Shown: positions 13,177 through 24,749 of the stretch, piece by piece
Position numbering within the stretch: position 1 is the stretch's first letter
Layout: every line of letters starts with the position of its first letter
Source: Phoronis australis
Taxonomy: Eukaryota; Animalia; Phoronida
Reading direction: 5' to 3'
NCBI GenBank assembly: GCA_002633005.1
Contig: NMRA01000007.1
Span: 1,673,042-1,737,041, forward strand
Length of the DNA stretch: 64,000 nt
Program-made: the position numbers and the translations under genes
Notes under the pieces: model-generated
Seen by the model: only the letters and a program-made list of their open reading frames with translations
The model's database searches: none
What the model was told of the DNA's origin: nothing

Positions 13177-13470
13177 GAGGCAGTGTGACCCAGTGGGATA
13201 AATGTCTCCTTTCTTTACTCAAGGCCATGGATTCGAGTCCCACTGGGTCACACTGCTAGACCCTTGAGTCAGGTCTCTAGTTTCTCAGCTTGGTTTTAAC
13301 TAGATATTAATAAATCGTAAAAATGGTTTCAGGTGATCAGTGCAATGGGCCCACATGAGCAGCGTGAGCCCATCTAGAACAACAGGTGGCACATGTGCCT
13401 TACCACCTGCAATTGTATTCATATGACAAACACATGTGTTAACTCATGTGAATACCATATTATTAAATAA
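13177..13470 (+). mobile_element. tRNA-derived SINE (inverted copies at about 23020-23190 and 19320-19425)
   Basis: Box A-like TGACCCAGTGG and box B GGATTCGAGTCC. The body (CTCAGCTTGGT; AGGTGATCAGTGCAATGGGCCCACAT) recurs in reverse at 23067 and 19370. Confidence 0.75.
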
Positions 13471-13862
13471 AGTTAAGTTATGAATCATTCGTATATATCT
13501 TCATCATTATACACAAGCACAATAAACACTGGTTTTCTATCCTAAATGTTCACAAAAGGTAACAAACCAGTCTGGTTGAGAAACACTCATTTTCTCTGTG
13601 ACGACAGCTGTTAGTCATGAGAAATGTTTTAGAGTCAGAAATTCTGGTTTTGACAGCTCAGGAATTTCTTTCAAACCCGGGGTTTTTGTAGTTTTATCAA
13701 ATATGCGTTTTTAAGCATAGACAAATGCTAGACTACATTAAAGTCATGGAGTCATAGATATGGTTACACTCGTGGTATTTCTTGTCGTATTTCATGCTAA
13801 CCTCATCAGTTTGGCTTCAACCACATGTCAACAACAATAATCAAGTACGAGTGAATGCTTAC

Positions 13863-14056
13863 CAATGGAAGGCCTAGGCCGGCTCGGGCCCAGTTCACCT
13901 GCGACAGGATCTTTCGCAGGGCCTCAGCCACTGGCGACACTACATTGCTAGCTGGGAAGATGACCTGGCTGCACTGTGGACATGTGTAGCCTGCTGGGGC
14001 AGTGTTGGCGGGTAACTGTTGGGCTGCAGCATCCAGGCACCTCCAATGGAATACAT
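13863..14056 (-). CDS. ZFPL1: ZFPL1 exon 3 (end of RING-like domain)
   Basis: [65 protein letters not shown] contains the NTAPAGY and [11 protein letters not shown] signatures. Flanked by ttacag and gtaagc. Confidence 0.96.
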
Positions 14057-14518
14057 CTGTAATTAGAGATGTTCATATATTTGTTTAAAAATGACCTGAC
14101 ATTTACCAATTTCACGGGTTTGATTAAAGACTTACTGATTCTCAAGAGTTTTATTTAAATGCAAATCACTGGGGCTGGACCTCCAAACTACAAAGTTCAT
14201 TGGCTAGCATGAAAACTTAACGTCGAAATGTCAGACATTATCAACAAAACATTACATTCTGTTGAAAGGAATAATTAAGTTTGCACTGAAACTAGTGAAA
14301 CTTGTAAGTGCTCAGTAAACATTGATATACAACAGGCACTCCATTGGATAACAGCATTTTTTCATAGGTAAAGAAGGATAAAGACTTGGAAAACAAAGAA
14401 AAAGTCAAAAGACTTAATGAAACCTGTGCTGCAGTTTAACCATACTAAGACTAAACATCACAAAAACATTAATGATATCTAACCAAACCATTCGCAACTC
14501 CAATGCTCAACACATTAC

Positions 14519-14639
14519 CATAACACAGGAGTCTGATGCATCCTCCCAGGGCCTCATTGTCGAGACGTTCATTGCACAGGGTACAGCAAGGGTTGTAGTC
14601 ACTGTCTTGAAGCCACTTTAAGTAGGACTGCACCACACA
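14519..14639 (-). CDS. ZFPL1: ZFPL1 exon 2
   Basis: [40 protein letters not shown]; flanked by tttcag and gtaatg. Confidence 0.96.
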
Positions 14640-16318
14640 CTGAAACATCGAACAACACAAAATATATATCCGTCCCTTACACTATCACAGTTCACTCTTA
14701 AAGCCAGATTAAGAACTGTACCACCATTGCACATCACAAAATCTCTCCACTGCTATCATAGTTCTGTTTGCTGGACCGTTTGATAATGGAGTTTCTAATT
14801 GAAGTTACTATTGGTATGCCTAAACATTCTTTAGAAATGCTGGAGATAATTTTGTGAAAAAAGCTGTAAAATTAAGAAACCAATGGCAAAACTGTAAAAA
14901 CTATCTACGGTAATAATCAGACACGATAGTAGTCAGAGGTAACAGTCATGGTTTGATAAACAGTAACTTTTACAGAATAACCAATAATAACGGGCATTAT
15001 TCAGTGAAACTAAATGTTTTTAATCACTCGTAAAAATCCCGTGTTACACCAGACTAATGTCCAAACAAGGCTAGGTCAAGGTCATCTGCATTGTCCAATT
15101 CAAATAATCTTTTGATTTGTCACAGTGCAATTGGAAATTTTGGTTCAGGTAACATCACTAGTAACTAGTGAGCCTTAGAAGAACAACAAAGATCTTGTTT
15201 GCATCATATGGGTGTGGCTGACAGATGGGTGACCTCTCATCTATACATTTCCGTTTTACCTCAAGTACACTGAAAGTGAACGAAATCAGTTTTCAATTTC
15301 GTTGATAAATGATGCGGCCTTGGGCGTATCAGAAAAATTTTTTAATGCTGGAGTATTCGTTCAAGATAAATGTATTTAAAGACATCTGTTGCCTCCAAAG
15401 GTGTCCTCCTATGCTCGACAACTACTTTGGCAGGTGGGCAGATAGACAGGTTCCCGTCTGTTCTGCCTCTTCTCAGCATGACCGGCAAATGGGTGACCTC
15501 CTCATAACCCTCTGTAGATTTCCACATTGACTGTAATGGCATTCAGTCTTGAATTTCTAAGTTCTACTGGGAAAAAAATTGATTGCAGGAGTATTTGTTC
15601 AAGTTGTCCGCCTACACTCAAAGGTGTTGTGACATGTGACTTTCGGATGAGACATACAGACAGATAAAGCCTCTCTAAGTTACTTGCCAAGCAGCAATTG
15701 CCTCACAAATGTGCAACCTGGATTCAAGTCCCGATGTCGAAGAAATTTTCTACATTGGCACCAAATAAGGAAAAATTCACAATTAACCTTGATGTAAGTA
15801 TTTGTTCTGAGTGTGGATGGAGAAGTTGCCGGCCTCGTGGTGCTGGATTCAGAGACAAGGACAATATTGTTTACAGCACATTACAGGACATGGAGGAAGT
15901 GTTGTTGAGGGCAAATTCCAGGATGCTGCGGTGTTGCTGAGATCTGCAGCCAGGAGGCAGGCCTGTTCCACAACAGGGGTAGGAGTGTTGTAACACGTGA
16001 TTTTCGGGTGTGATTTACAGCCAGATAAAGCCTCTCTAAGTCGCTTGCCAAGCAGCAATTGCCTCTTGGCTGAACGGTTTAGACGCTCGGCTCTCACATG
16101 TGAAATCTTTTTTCAAGTCCCGATGTCGGAGAAATTTTCTAGGGTACACACAGTGATGTAACTTTGACCATTTAGTCAGGGTTAAGCAAAATTTTAAGAA
16201 AATCAATTTGTTGCCACTTATCACCATATGATAATATCAGCTGACCAGTGTTTCGCCTTCAGTTCAACTTTAGGCTTCATTCAACCTTCATTCAGACAGT
16301 TCAATTGCACAGAGTCTA

Positions 16319-16871
<553 letters not shown>

Positions 16872-16953
16872 ATGGAGAGCTTTTGGAACAGACTGGATAT
16901 TTCACCCCCACCCGTATTTTACCCAGCGCATGAAAAGGATGAATTTAACCGTG
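16872..16953 (+). CDS. NEPRO: Nucleolus and neural progenitor protein (C3orf17/DUF4477), exon 1
   Basis: MESFWNRLDISPPPV... carries the N-terminal WNR motif. Donor G|gtacaa. The eight exons total 1908 nt, giving 635 aa plus stop, with all phases consistent. Confidence 0.8.
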
Positions 16954-17098
16954 GTACAATCTTTTCGTCAAGTTTCTCAGATTTATTCAGTGTGTTGTTG
17001 CTGCCGGTTGTACTCCATGTTTTACTTCGTTCATACTTCCACCCTAAATTTAAACTGTTAAAATGAAGATTACTGAATACTCTCTCCTATCCCTGGTC

Positions 17099-18245
17099 CA
17101 CAGGCCCTTGGGTTTATCTGTTCCTCGATCGCAAATGACGTCACTCAATAATATATATATAAGAAAAAATAAAGGTTGGACACTCAAAATCTGTTTGCTC
17201 AGAATTTTCTACTCAAATGTGCATGGAACTCCACGAAACTAGCATCGGACAACTCTTAGAATACTTTCTTTCATTCGATCTCTTCAAATTGCCTTCGAGT
17301 GGTGATTTGGCGACAAAAATGCCAAAAGAATGCCAAAATCACAAATTCAAGGAAGTGATTCCGTGATGTCATGGCAGACGGTCTTCGCATATCAGGGTTT
17401 TTGACGGACGCTCCCGAGCTAAGTCTGAAAGTCTAATTTCGCGCGGCTTTCATCGTCAATCCCTCGACTACTTGATCATGAGAAGCAGAGAGCACTTTAT
17501 TGCCAAATAAATGTAATTACTCACATGTTTGTGTCAATTATAAATTATCCTGACACTGTATTAATATGCGAAATTTTTTGTGTACTGTGATTTCTTATGA
17601 AGGTTTTACTTTTGGCCAAAACCATTGAGTTAACTCGTCAGCCACGCGCATTGTAATACTTGCACGGACTGCGTTTCCTGGCTGAGTGTGTGTTGTGCTT
17701 CAATCAAAAAAGTGCGTGATGTCAAGATGAGAAACAAGATACGCCAATTTATGTAATAAAATTCTAAGTTAAGGGCTAAAATGAGCTGTCAGTGGAATAA
17801 AGTTACAAATAATCATTAAAATACTAACTTTAACATTCTCAATTAGTTGAGTTTTGGATTAGAATTATTGAAATTTGAAATATAGGTTGCTTGCTCAAAC
17901 TCAAAGTTTCACCTACGACAGGCGTACAAGTTAAAGCACAACTTAAATCCGCCATGTTTACTATTTCAGGTCCTTGAATTCAGAGTTTTGAGATTGTTTT
18001 GGAAATTCCATCGCCAATTCACCACTCACGAAGACAGTTAATGGGATCTAGGAAAGATAAGGCTTCGAAGGTTTATGCAACACCAGACTATGGGAGGTGC
18101 ACACAGATTTTATTCGGATTTTGGACGGTTGAAGTTGGGAGCCTCGGCTTGGCAAAGTTTAAGTGTCCAACCTTTATGTTTTCTTATATATATTATTGAG
18201 TGACGTCATTTGCGATCGAGGAACAGATAAACCCAAGCGCCTGTG
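17099..18245. mobile_element. Non-autonomous DNA transposon, P-element-like, in NEPRO intron 1
   Basis: Near-perfect TIRs of about 85 bp (CACAGGCCCTTGGGTTTATCTGTTCCTCGATCGCAAATGACGTCACTC... / ...CAAGCGCCTGTG). Perfect 8-bp TSD CCCTGGTC at 17091-17098 and 18246-18253. No transposase ORF seen. Confidence 0.9.
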
Positions 18246-18368
18246 CCCTGGTCCAAATAGGTATAGATCATTAGATGTGAGGAATTTATTTTGATGTGCT
18301 TCTCAGTTTTCTCACCCAAACACATGATGTGGAGCACTAATTTGAGTATTTTCTGCTGTTTGTTTCAG

Positions 18369-18526
18369 GTGAAATTAAAAAACTATCAACAATCCTTCAA
18401 ACTTCAGTACAGACTGAGAAAGATCTATGGCAATCCTTGACACTGGAGCGATACTTGTTGTCCAGGATGATTTATAAGGCCAACAATTCCCACAGAAGAG
18501 AGAAAGGCTTCCAAGCTCTGCGCAAG
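18369..18526 (+). CDS. NEPRO: NEPRO exon 2
   Basis: tttcag|GT; ...SLTLERYLLSRMIYKANNSHRREKGFQALRK|gt matches the family pattern E..LL..++Y..+N..R..K.+..L+. Confidence 0.9.
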
Positions 18527-19191
18527 GTCTCAAATAAATGCTTATAATTAACCAGTTACTGATGTTTTTCTCTCGGGTCTGGACATTTGTCCTTAAGTGT
18601 CAATATCTATCAGGACATTATGAAAATCATCTGGAAAAAATTCGACATTGGTGTATGGTGACCAAAAATTGACCCACATTGATTGGCGATAGAGAAATTG
18701 AACAACTTCCAAACGGATCGATTCTTTGCCTTGAATCGTCAACTTTGCTACAAGCAAGAGAGGCACAGGGAGCGAATTCTGTCCCACTATTCCAAGAAAT
18801 GATACGGGCAAATGTCTGTACTAAAATAAAATCAATCAGACATTCTGAAAACAAATCAAACCTTGTCTGATTGGACAACATTTAACAAAATCTCTGCAGT
18901 TACTGTAGTCAATTTGTTTTTTCGTCAAACCATTCCTTTTTACTTTTCCTTGTATCGATGCTTTGCATTATTTTTTTATTTTATAAAGACAGTTTCATGG
19001 GTATTGATTTGTAAAAATTTACTTAAAATTTTCTTATTTTATTACTAAAATTCATATATATTATAATTTAAGGCACATAAAAAGAAAACTGTTGATTCAA
19101 ATGAGTAACCATAAAACAGTTTGATAGTGCATACAAATTAACAAATTCTTTAGACTATGACCTGCTTTCAAGTTTGTTATCATTATTACAG

Positions 19192-19265
19192 GTTTTGCGA
19201 TGTGTCGTTCGTTTTGAAGCAACAAATAAGAACTTACTCGCAGCTTTGACAGAGCCATTTGACAG
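19192..19265 (+). CDS. NEPRO: NEPRO exon 3
   Basis: attacag|VLRCVVRFEATNKNLLAALTEPFD|gtattt; bridges phase 0 to phase 2 as required. Confidence 0.82.
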
Positions 19266-19855
19266 GTATTTTCATGCAAAAGGCTGTATTGTGCAGTTAT
19301 GTTTAAAATAAAAAATAGTAATTGCGGGTGGTCTGATACATGTTGTACCAGTCGTGCGCAGGTCACTTATGTGGGCCCATTGCACTGATCACCTGGAACC
19401 ATGTTTATGTTTTATTATATATATAATTAAAATGTTTAAAATAGGAGAAACCATATTTTATTATGAACAAGATGCTGTCACCTTGAGTAAATGTCAATCA
19501 AAGCCTTTGAATTTACAGGTATGTACCATGTCTGCTGATGAGTCTGTACTGCCTTTGCCTTTGGATATTTTTTACGAAGTTGGCATTGGTTAACTTGCTA
19601 TGGTAAAATTCAGGGGCCTGTTTTGCTAAGATGTGGTAACCATGTGACGATGTTTTTATCCAGAGAGTCTTACAACAGCTGGTCTCTGTTTAGGCTCTGC
19701 ATAAAAAGTCATAAAGTTACGATATTTTGGTGAAATAAGCTCCTTAAGTAACTCTATTGGAGTTGTATGCTGTAGTTTGTATCCAAATTAGGTGTTTGTT
19801 GTCATAAATGTTATTATTTAGAACAGTTGATTTAATTTGGATCTTACCATTTCAG

Positions 19856-19981
19856 TGTGACCCAGAATGCGTCAGTAGTCCACCTTCCTTCAAAACAGAT
19901 GCTTGAATATGCCTTAGTTCGTCTTACAGGGTGTGCCAAGTTGCTGTCACAAGCAATACAATATTGCCTGGAGTCCCACCT
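19856..19981 (+). CDS. NEPRO: NEPRO exon 4
   Basis: VTQNASVVHLPSKQMLEYALVRLTGCAKLLSQAIQYCLESH carries the LPS.Q.LE..L.R+.G..KLL motif. Followed by the U12-like donor GTATCTTTT. Confidence 0.92.
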
Positions 19982-21802
19982 GTATCTTTTACCTGTTTTG
20001 CTTAAGCAGGTTGTTACTATGGTAATCTATAGTAGGACATGTGGTAATTTAGAATGGAGCAAGAAAAAGCTTTTTTTGGCAGAAATGGTAAAGATTCAAA
20101 TATCTACTTAAAATGAATGCTACAGCAGGAAGCAACGCTTAGTATTACGTCAAATCAGCAAAATTCTCAGGTAGCCAAATGAGAAATGAGGTCACCAAAA
20201 CAAGGAAACCCCAAACGTGGAGGTGCAAATATCCTGGCCCCCAAAAAATAGGAAATGGTATATCTGAATTGAAGAATCAGCAAACTGTTTGCTGAAACTT
20301 CCATGAACACTTGAGCTGCCTTTTTAGTGGAACAGGAAATTAGGACGTGTTAATGACCAAGTTCTTCTTGGACCCTATATCCCATGCAGGTGTCCGGATG
20401 TGTGCATTGCGACTTGGAGGCATCTTGGGAGTTTTACCAGGTCACAAAACAAATATGAGGTCGTACTGGTGACCTGCCAAATCAAACCCTGTAATGTTTT
20501 ATTATTCCGCAATGCCTTTAGAGTTAGCATAAGACTTGAACTCAGGCACAAGATTTGTTGTTCTGATGCCATTCTTCTGGATTTGATTTGCACTCTCCTC
20601 ATGTAGACAAAAATTTTAATGCTACATTGGATATGTTAACGTAAAGCTTGAATTCAAGTTGAGCACTTGATGTGACTGGACATCTGAGATGACGTCCGAA
20701 TTCAGATATTGGATCTCAGGTCAAGTGCTATCAATCCTAGGTATCTGTGACATGAAATGCACTTCTGTTGGTTATCATTTTATTAAATCTTGTTTGTTTT
20801 CTGTTTTCATGTATTGTACGAGGGGTTGCCGAAAGAGCACCCGCCAAAAGGAGTCCCCACCGTGGCTCTTTCAGAAACATGGCTAATAAAAAACATGTGT
20901 CTCATATATATATATATGGAAAGTGTTGCTAGCTATCTCATGTTTCTATCCTTAAAATGAGCTTTAAAATATTTAAAGTTGATCACTTGTCAACCAAAGT
21001 AACAGTGGACCTTTGGTTTTAGTAGCCAACATAGTGATTTCTGGCTGGTTTTTCAAATCCATAGCAGTTCAGGGAACAGCAGTCAGAAATACTAGTTTCC
21101 AAAAGATCCCTCCACTTTTTTCTGAAAGAGGCCCTGGGAGCATTTTGGATATAAAATTACCTGTGAGAAGGTCTTTTGGAAATTTATGGTAATGTTAAAA
21201 GTACATGTGCACTTTCTTGAATCTCTGTCTAATTGTCGGTTACAAAACCAGTCCTTTCTTGCCTATTGGGTTCACAAAATGACTCACCTGTGACTTCCAG
21301 CTTGACTTCAGTCTGCACTTTCAAAGCCCAGAAATCACATGACATCATCTCAGTTAAGGACAAGCTGAGACCAATTGTGCAGCTGTAACTGGTCTGATAG
21401 CCATTTTGTGATATAGCCGTGACATTTTCAATTACACCTTGTCACTAGGTGGCAAGACTAGTTGGTGGACCGCATTCTTGTATGGATCTTATTCAGTGGT
21501 ATTTTTCATTCTCTGTTGCCATCATGCCATCAAAATGATCATCTCAAAAACGAGTTGGAATGAAAGCAATTGCGTGTAGTTCGTGTCAACTCGGCCTGTC
21601 TTGCTCATCAGAGTCAAGCGGCAGACGCCTTTGTGGTCTCGCAATGCTAGAGTTGTATGTAGACTCCTTCCCATTAGTGTATTTAGACTTCAGACGGCGG
21701 GCAATGTGATAAGTGTAGGACGTTGATTACTGTAAGGGATGGTCGTGTATTCATTTCATGTACATATTGCATTATTGTACGACTACCCTTGACTGGTGTA
21801 AG
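19982..21802 (+). other. U12-type (minor spliceosome) GT-AG intron in NEPRO
   Basis: 5'ss GTATCTTTT (consensus RTATCCTTT). Branch point CCCTTGAC at 21786-21793, close to the AG at 21801-21802. No polypyrimidine tract. Confidence 0.85.
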
Positions 21803-21880
21803 ATACACTTTGCAGCAACTGGAGCATGGATTGTTTTGGCAGAACAACAGTGTGTTCGCCGGTCTCATCAGTCGTCTGTG
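21803..21880 (+). CDS. NEPRO: NEPRO exon 5
   Basis: YTLQQLEHGLFWQNNSVFAGLISRL(W) carries the conserved G++SRLW motif. Preceded by the U12 branch point CCCTTGAC; donor gtgagt. Confidence 0.9.
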
Positions 21881-22179
21881 GTGAGTATGCTATAGTTGTT
21901 AACAATATGATTGATTTTAATCGCAGTTTCTGGTTTTTCTTTTTATTGAGGTTAAGTAATGCCAAATAAATACTTTATCATTTAAGCTCTGTGCCATCGC
22001 TACATTGTCATTCACGGCATTGTTAGAAACTTTTGAAAACGGAAAAAAATTGCAATTTTTTTTGTTTAAAATTGATGAGATTTGACTGTAAGTGTTGATA
22101 AATGACATTAAAATGTTAGTTATTGTTTAAGTCTGTTTATGAAATCCATTGCTTTGTCAAAAAGGATGACCTGTTTTAG

Positions 22180-22273
22180 GATTATTTGCTGGACATGGCT
22201 AAGAAGTACATGTGACCTATATTCCAAGCTTTTGCCATGGTTAGAGAAACTGAAGCCATCATCAGTTGATTGG
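22180..22273 (+). CDS. NEPRO: NEPRO exon 6
   Basis: gttttag|G; IICWTWLRSTCDLYSKLLPWLEKLKPSSVDW|gtgagt. Confidence 0.88.
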
Positions 22274-22401
22274 GTGAGTGAGTCAGCCAATCAGGAGTGA
22301 AGAATTAATTATATTTCCATAGTGGGCCTCTGGTCTTTTATCCTGGTGTGCTCAAACGACTAGTGTTGTTTCCCATTGTATTGTTTGCTTGTCATCAAGT
22401 T

Positions 22402-22888
22402 GTTTTTTTTTAATGAAATATTTATTAATTCAACCAACCAGTTGTACAGCAATATGAAATCTAGTCAAGTACATCAAACAAATTACAAACATTATCGAAC
22501 CCTATAATAGCTAGTTGCTAGGCAAAAAAGAAGACCACCTTGCCTGGAATCTCTCAGGATCCAATTTATCATTGTAAATAATTGTTTCCAGGTTGTGGTA
22601 ATCACATACCTCACGTAAAAATTACTGAAAATAGGGCTTAGCCTTTTGCAGTCTTTGCCTATATAAGTGAAATTTCGCTAAGCAAAGAATTAAATTTACA
22701 ACTTCTAATCTACAGGCTGGATCTCCAAACAAGGCGGTAGACATATTTAACTGCAGAGGGAAATCGCACTGATTTATCATCCATGTTTTTAAACATCACC
22801 AAAACTTCTGAACAAGTGAACATTCCCAATACAAATGTAGAATTGTTTCTTTGTGTTTCTCACAGAAAGAACACAAAGACGATTCACT
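22402..22888 (-). mobile_element. 5'-truncated L1/Tx1-clade LINE, ORF2 C-terminal remnant
   Basis: Minus-strand SESSLCSFCEKHKETILHLYWECSLVQKFW*...VNLILCLAKFHLYRQR is the zf-RVT CxxC..E..H..C knuckle and its downstream motif. In-frame stop; poly(A) tail appears as the T-run near 22402-22412. Confidence 0.85.
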
Positions 22889-23243
22889 AGCACCTATTTA
22901 CACACATCATCAAGTTATCTATGATGTCACCAGATGTATATGAGCCAACAACCGTCCTACAATGTATGTATGTAAAAAGTGGCAGCAGTGCAATTAATAA
23001 AAAATATAGCAGGTAGTCGTTAATTAATACCCACATATAACATATATAGACACAAGCACATATTAAGACCAAGCTGAGGAGCTACAGACCTAACTCTGGG
23101 GTCTAGCAGTGGGATCTAGTGGGATTTGTGAATCTACGACCTTGAGAACATGAGGTGGACGCTCAACCCACTGGGCCACACTGCCCCCTAGTGCCGCTAA
23201 TAGAGGAAGGTATGTTGATCTTACTGTCTTTTCATGTTTTTAG

Positions 23244-23448
23244 CTTCCTGATGATGTGGTTTTACTGCGTAATCTATACACTGACCTGAACTTACCCCGA
23301 TGCCCATCTGAGATTGGCCTCGCTGCTCTGCTTAGCAAGTCCTGGCCCACTACTGACCTCAGTCAGGAAAGTGGAAATGGTACTGAAGTCATACATGGTG
23401 AAGATTTAGATATTCTAAAAGATGCTGAACTAGTTGAAGATATTGGAG
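23244..23448 (+). CDS. NEPRO: NEPRO exon 7
   Basis: tttttag|LPDDVVLLRNL...VEDIG|gtgagt; joins the next exon to give EDIGESIDR. Confidence 0.85.
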
Positions 23449-23929
23449 GTGAGTTCTTATTATTATATTATAATGTATCAGCTTCTAATGATGTTTTGAC
23501 AAAATTTCCTTTTGTGGCTTGACTTTTGACACATGCTTCCACCGATGTGTGATTCCATGGTCTTTGTCTCCTTCGTTACACACAAAAATTCTGGGGAAAT
23601 TCATTTCCACTAAACTCTACCTGCCTTATGTTCACCATCAGGAGACAGAAAATTGTAGAATCGACTAGACTTGAATGGATATTGGATTACTCGATACTTT
23701 TTCTTGTAATGGTGGACAAATACTGTGGAGATGGCTCAATGATCATTTCATGGATAGTGGATGAAGTCATCTGCGCAGTGGATTGTGGGAAATTGTCCTC
23801 CTTGTTAGATATGATACACATGAATGTCCAATCGCCTGGTGGCGAGAAGGAAAGATATCCCATAAATCTCTGCTATGGGATGCTCACACATCAGTTTTTG
23901 GTCACCAGTAAAAATGCCCATTTTCAGAT

Positions 23930-24640
23930 TATGTAGAATCCTCAAAAAATGACCAATTTTGGCAAATTTTAGGGTATCATATCTCAGAAGTGGCTGTTCT
24001 GGTTTATATGAAACTTTTAGACATGATATTTTATTCACTGTTCTCCAAAACGCTATTAGGAACTGTTTTTATAATTTTCTACTTTTTCATGAGGGGCTGT
24101 CAAAAATGGGACTTTTATGAATTTTACGAAAAAAATAAAAGTGGCTTAAAACAAAAAGAAATGATAACTTAGAAAAGTTGAACTGTGTTTTTGAGACTTT
24201 ATCATGTACATTTATATCAAACTAAATTTTATAAATGTTATTGATACCATTTCTTTGCTATGGATGTACCTGTTTGCTAAATTTTACTAAGAATACTTAG
24301 TCACACGATCCAATTAATAGCAGATTAATATAAAGTAAAAAATCAAATTCTACAGGCTTTCTGCTTTCAAAAAATGTAATCATGGTTTTACCGAGTTCAG
24401 TTCTATAGTTTTGTAGATATTTGAATAAATACACTGACAAGTGGGCAAGGTCTTTCATAACCTTACTCCTGAAAAGACTCACTATGAAACTATATGAGAT
24501 AATGATCAGAATTTCTGGTTACACAATGGTACCAGAATCAATAAATATGTGCAAAGCCATTCAGCAGGTCATCTATGTAGGTGCAGGCACAGCATATGTT
24601 GATGCTTTTCACAAGATATTTTCATAAAAGGTTTTGGACA
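23930..24640. mobile_element. Old dispersed repeat family (also about 6330-6830 inverted and about 55576-56190)
   Basis: Shared blocks AATTTGGC(A/T)AA...CAGAA(A/G)TGGCTGT and GTCAC(A/G)(C/T)GA(T/C)CCAAT...TTCTACA(A/G)GCTTTCT. Boundaries approximate. Confidence 0.55.
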
Positions 24641-24749
24641 TTCTCTCATTTCTGTGTTTTCAGTAACTTTTTAATTCAGATTTGGCTATTTTTTGGAAGT
24701 CGTTTTTCAGTAATTTAGCTATACTTACTTAGTGCTCTCTGATTTTCAG

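Noticed and set aside
13177-13260. tRNA gene
   Set aside because: No intact cloverleaf or anticodon arm; it continues into a dispersed SINE body.
17099-17140. CACAG terminus resembling a RAG/Transib RSS heptamer
   Set aside because: The sequence is CACAGGC, there is no nonamer, and the TSD is 8 bp rather than the 5 bp of RAG/Transib.
19510-19545. tttacag|GTATGT recursive-splice-like site and a CTGATGAG hammerhead-like core
   Set aside because: The intron is only 590 nt and the site adjoins a SINE remnant. No stem II/GAAA completes a hammerhead (same at about 45313).
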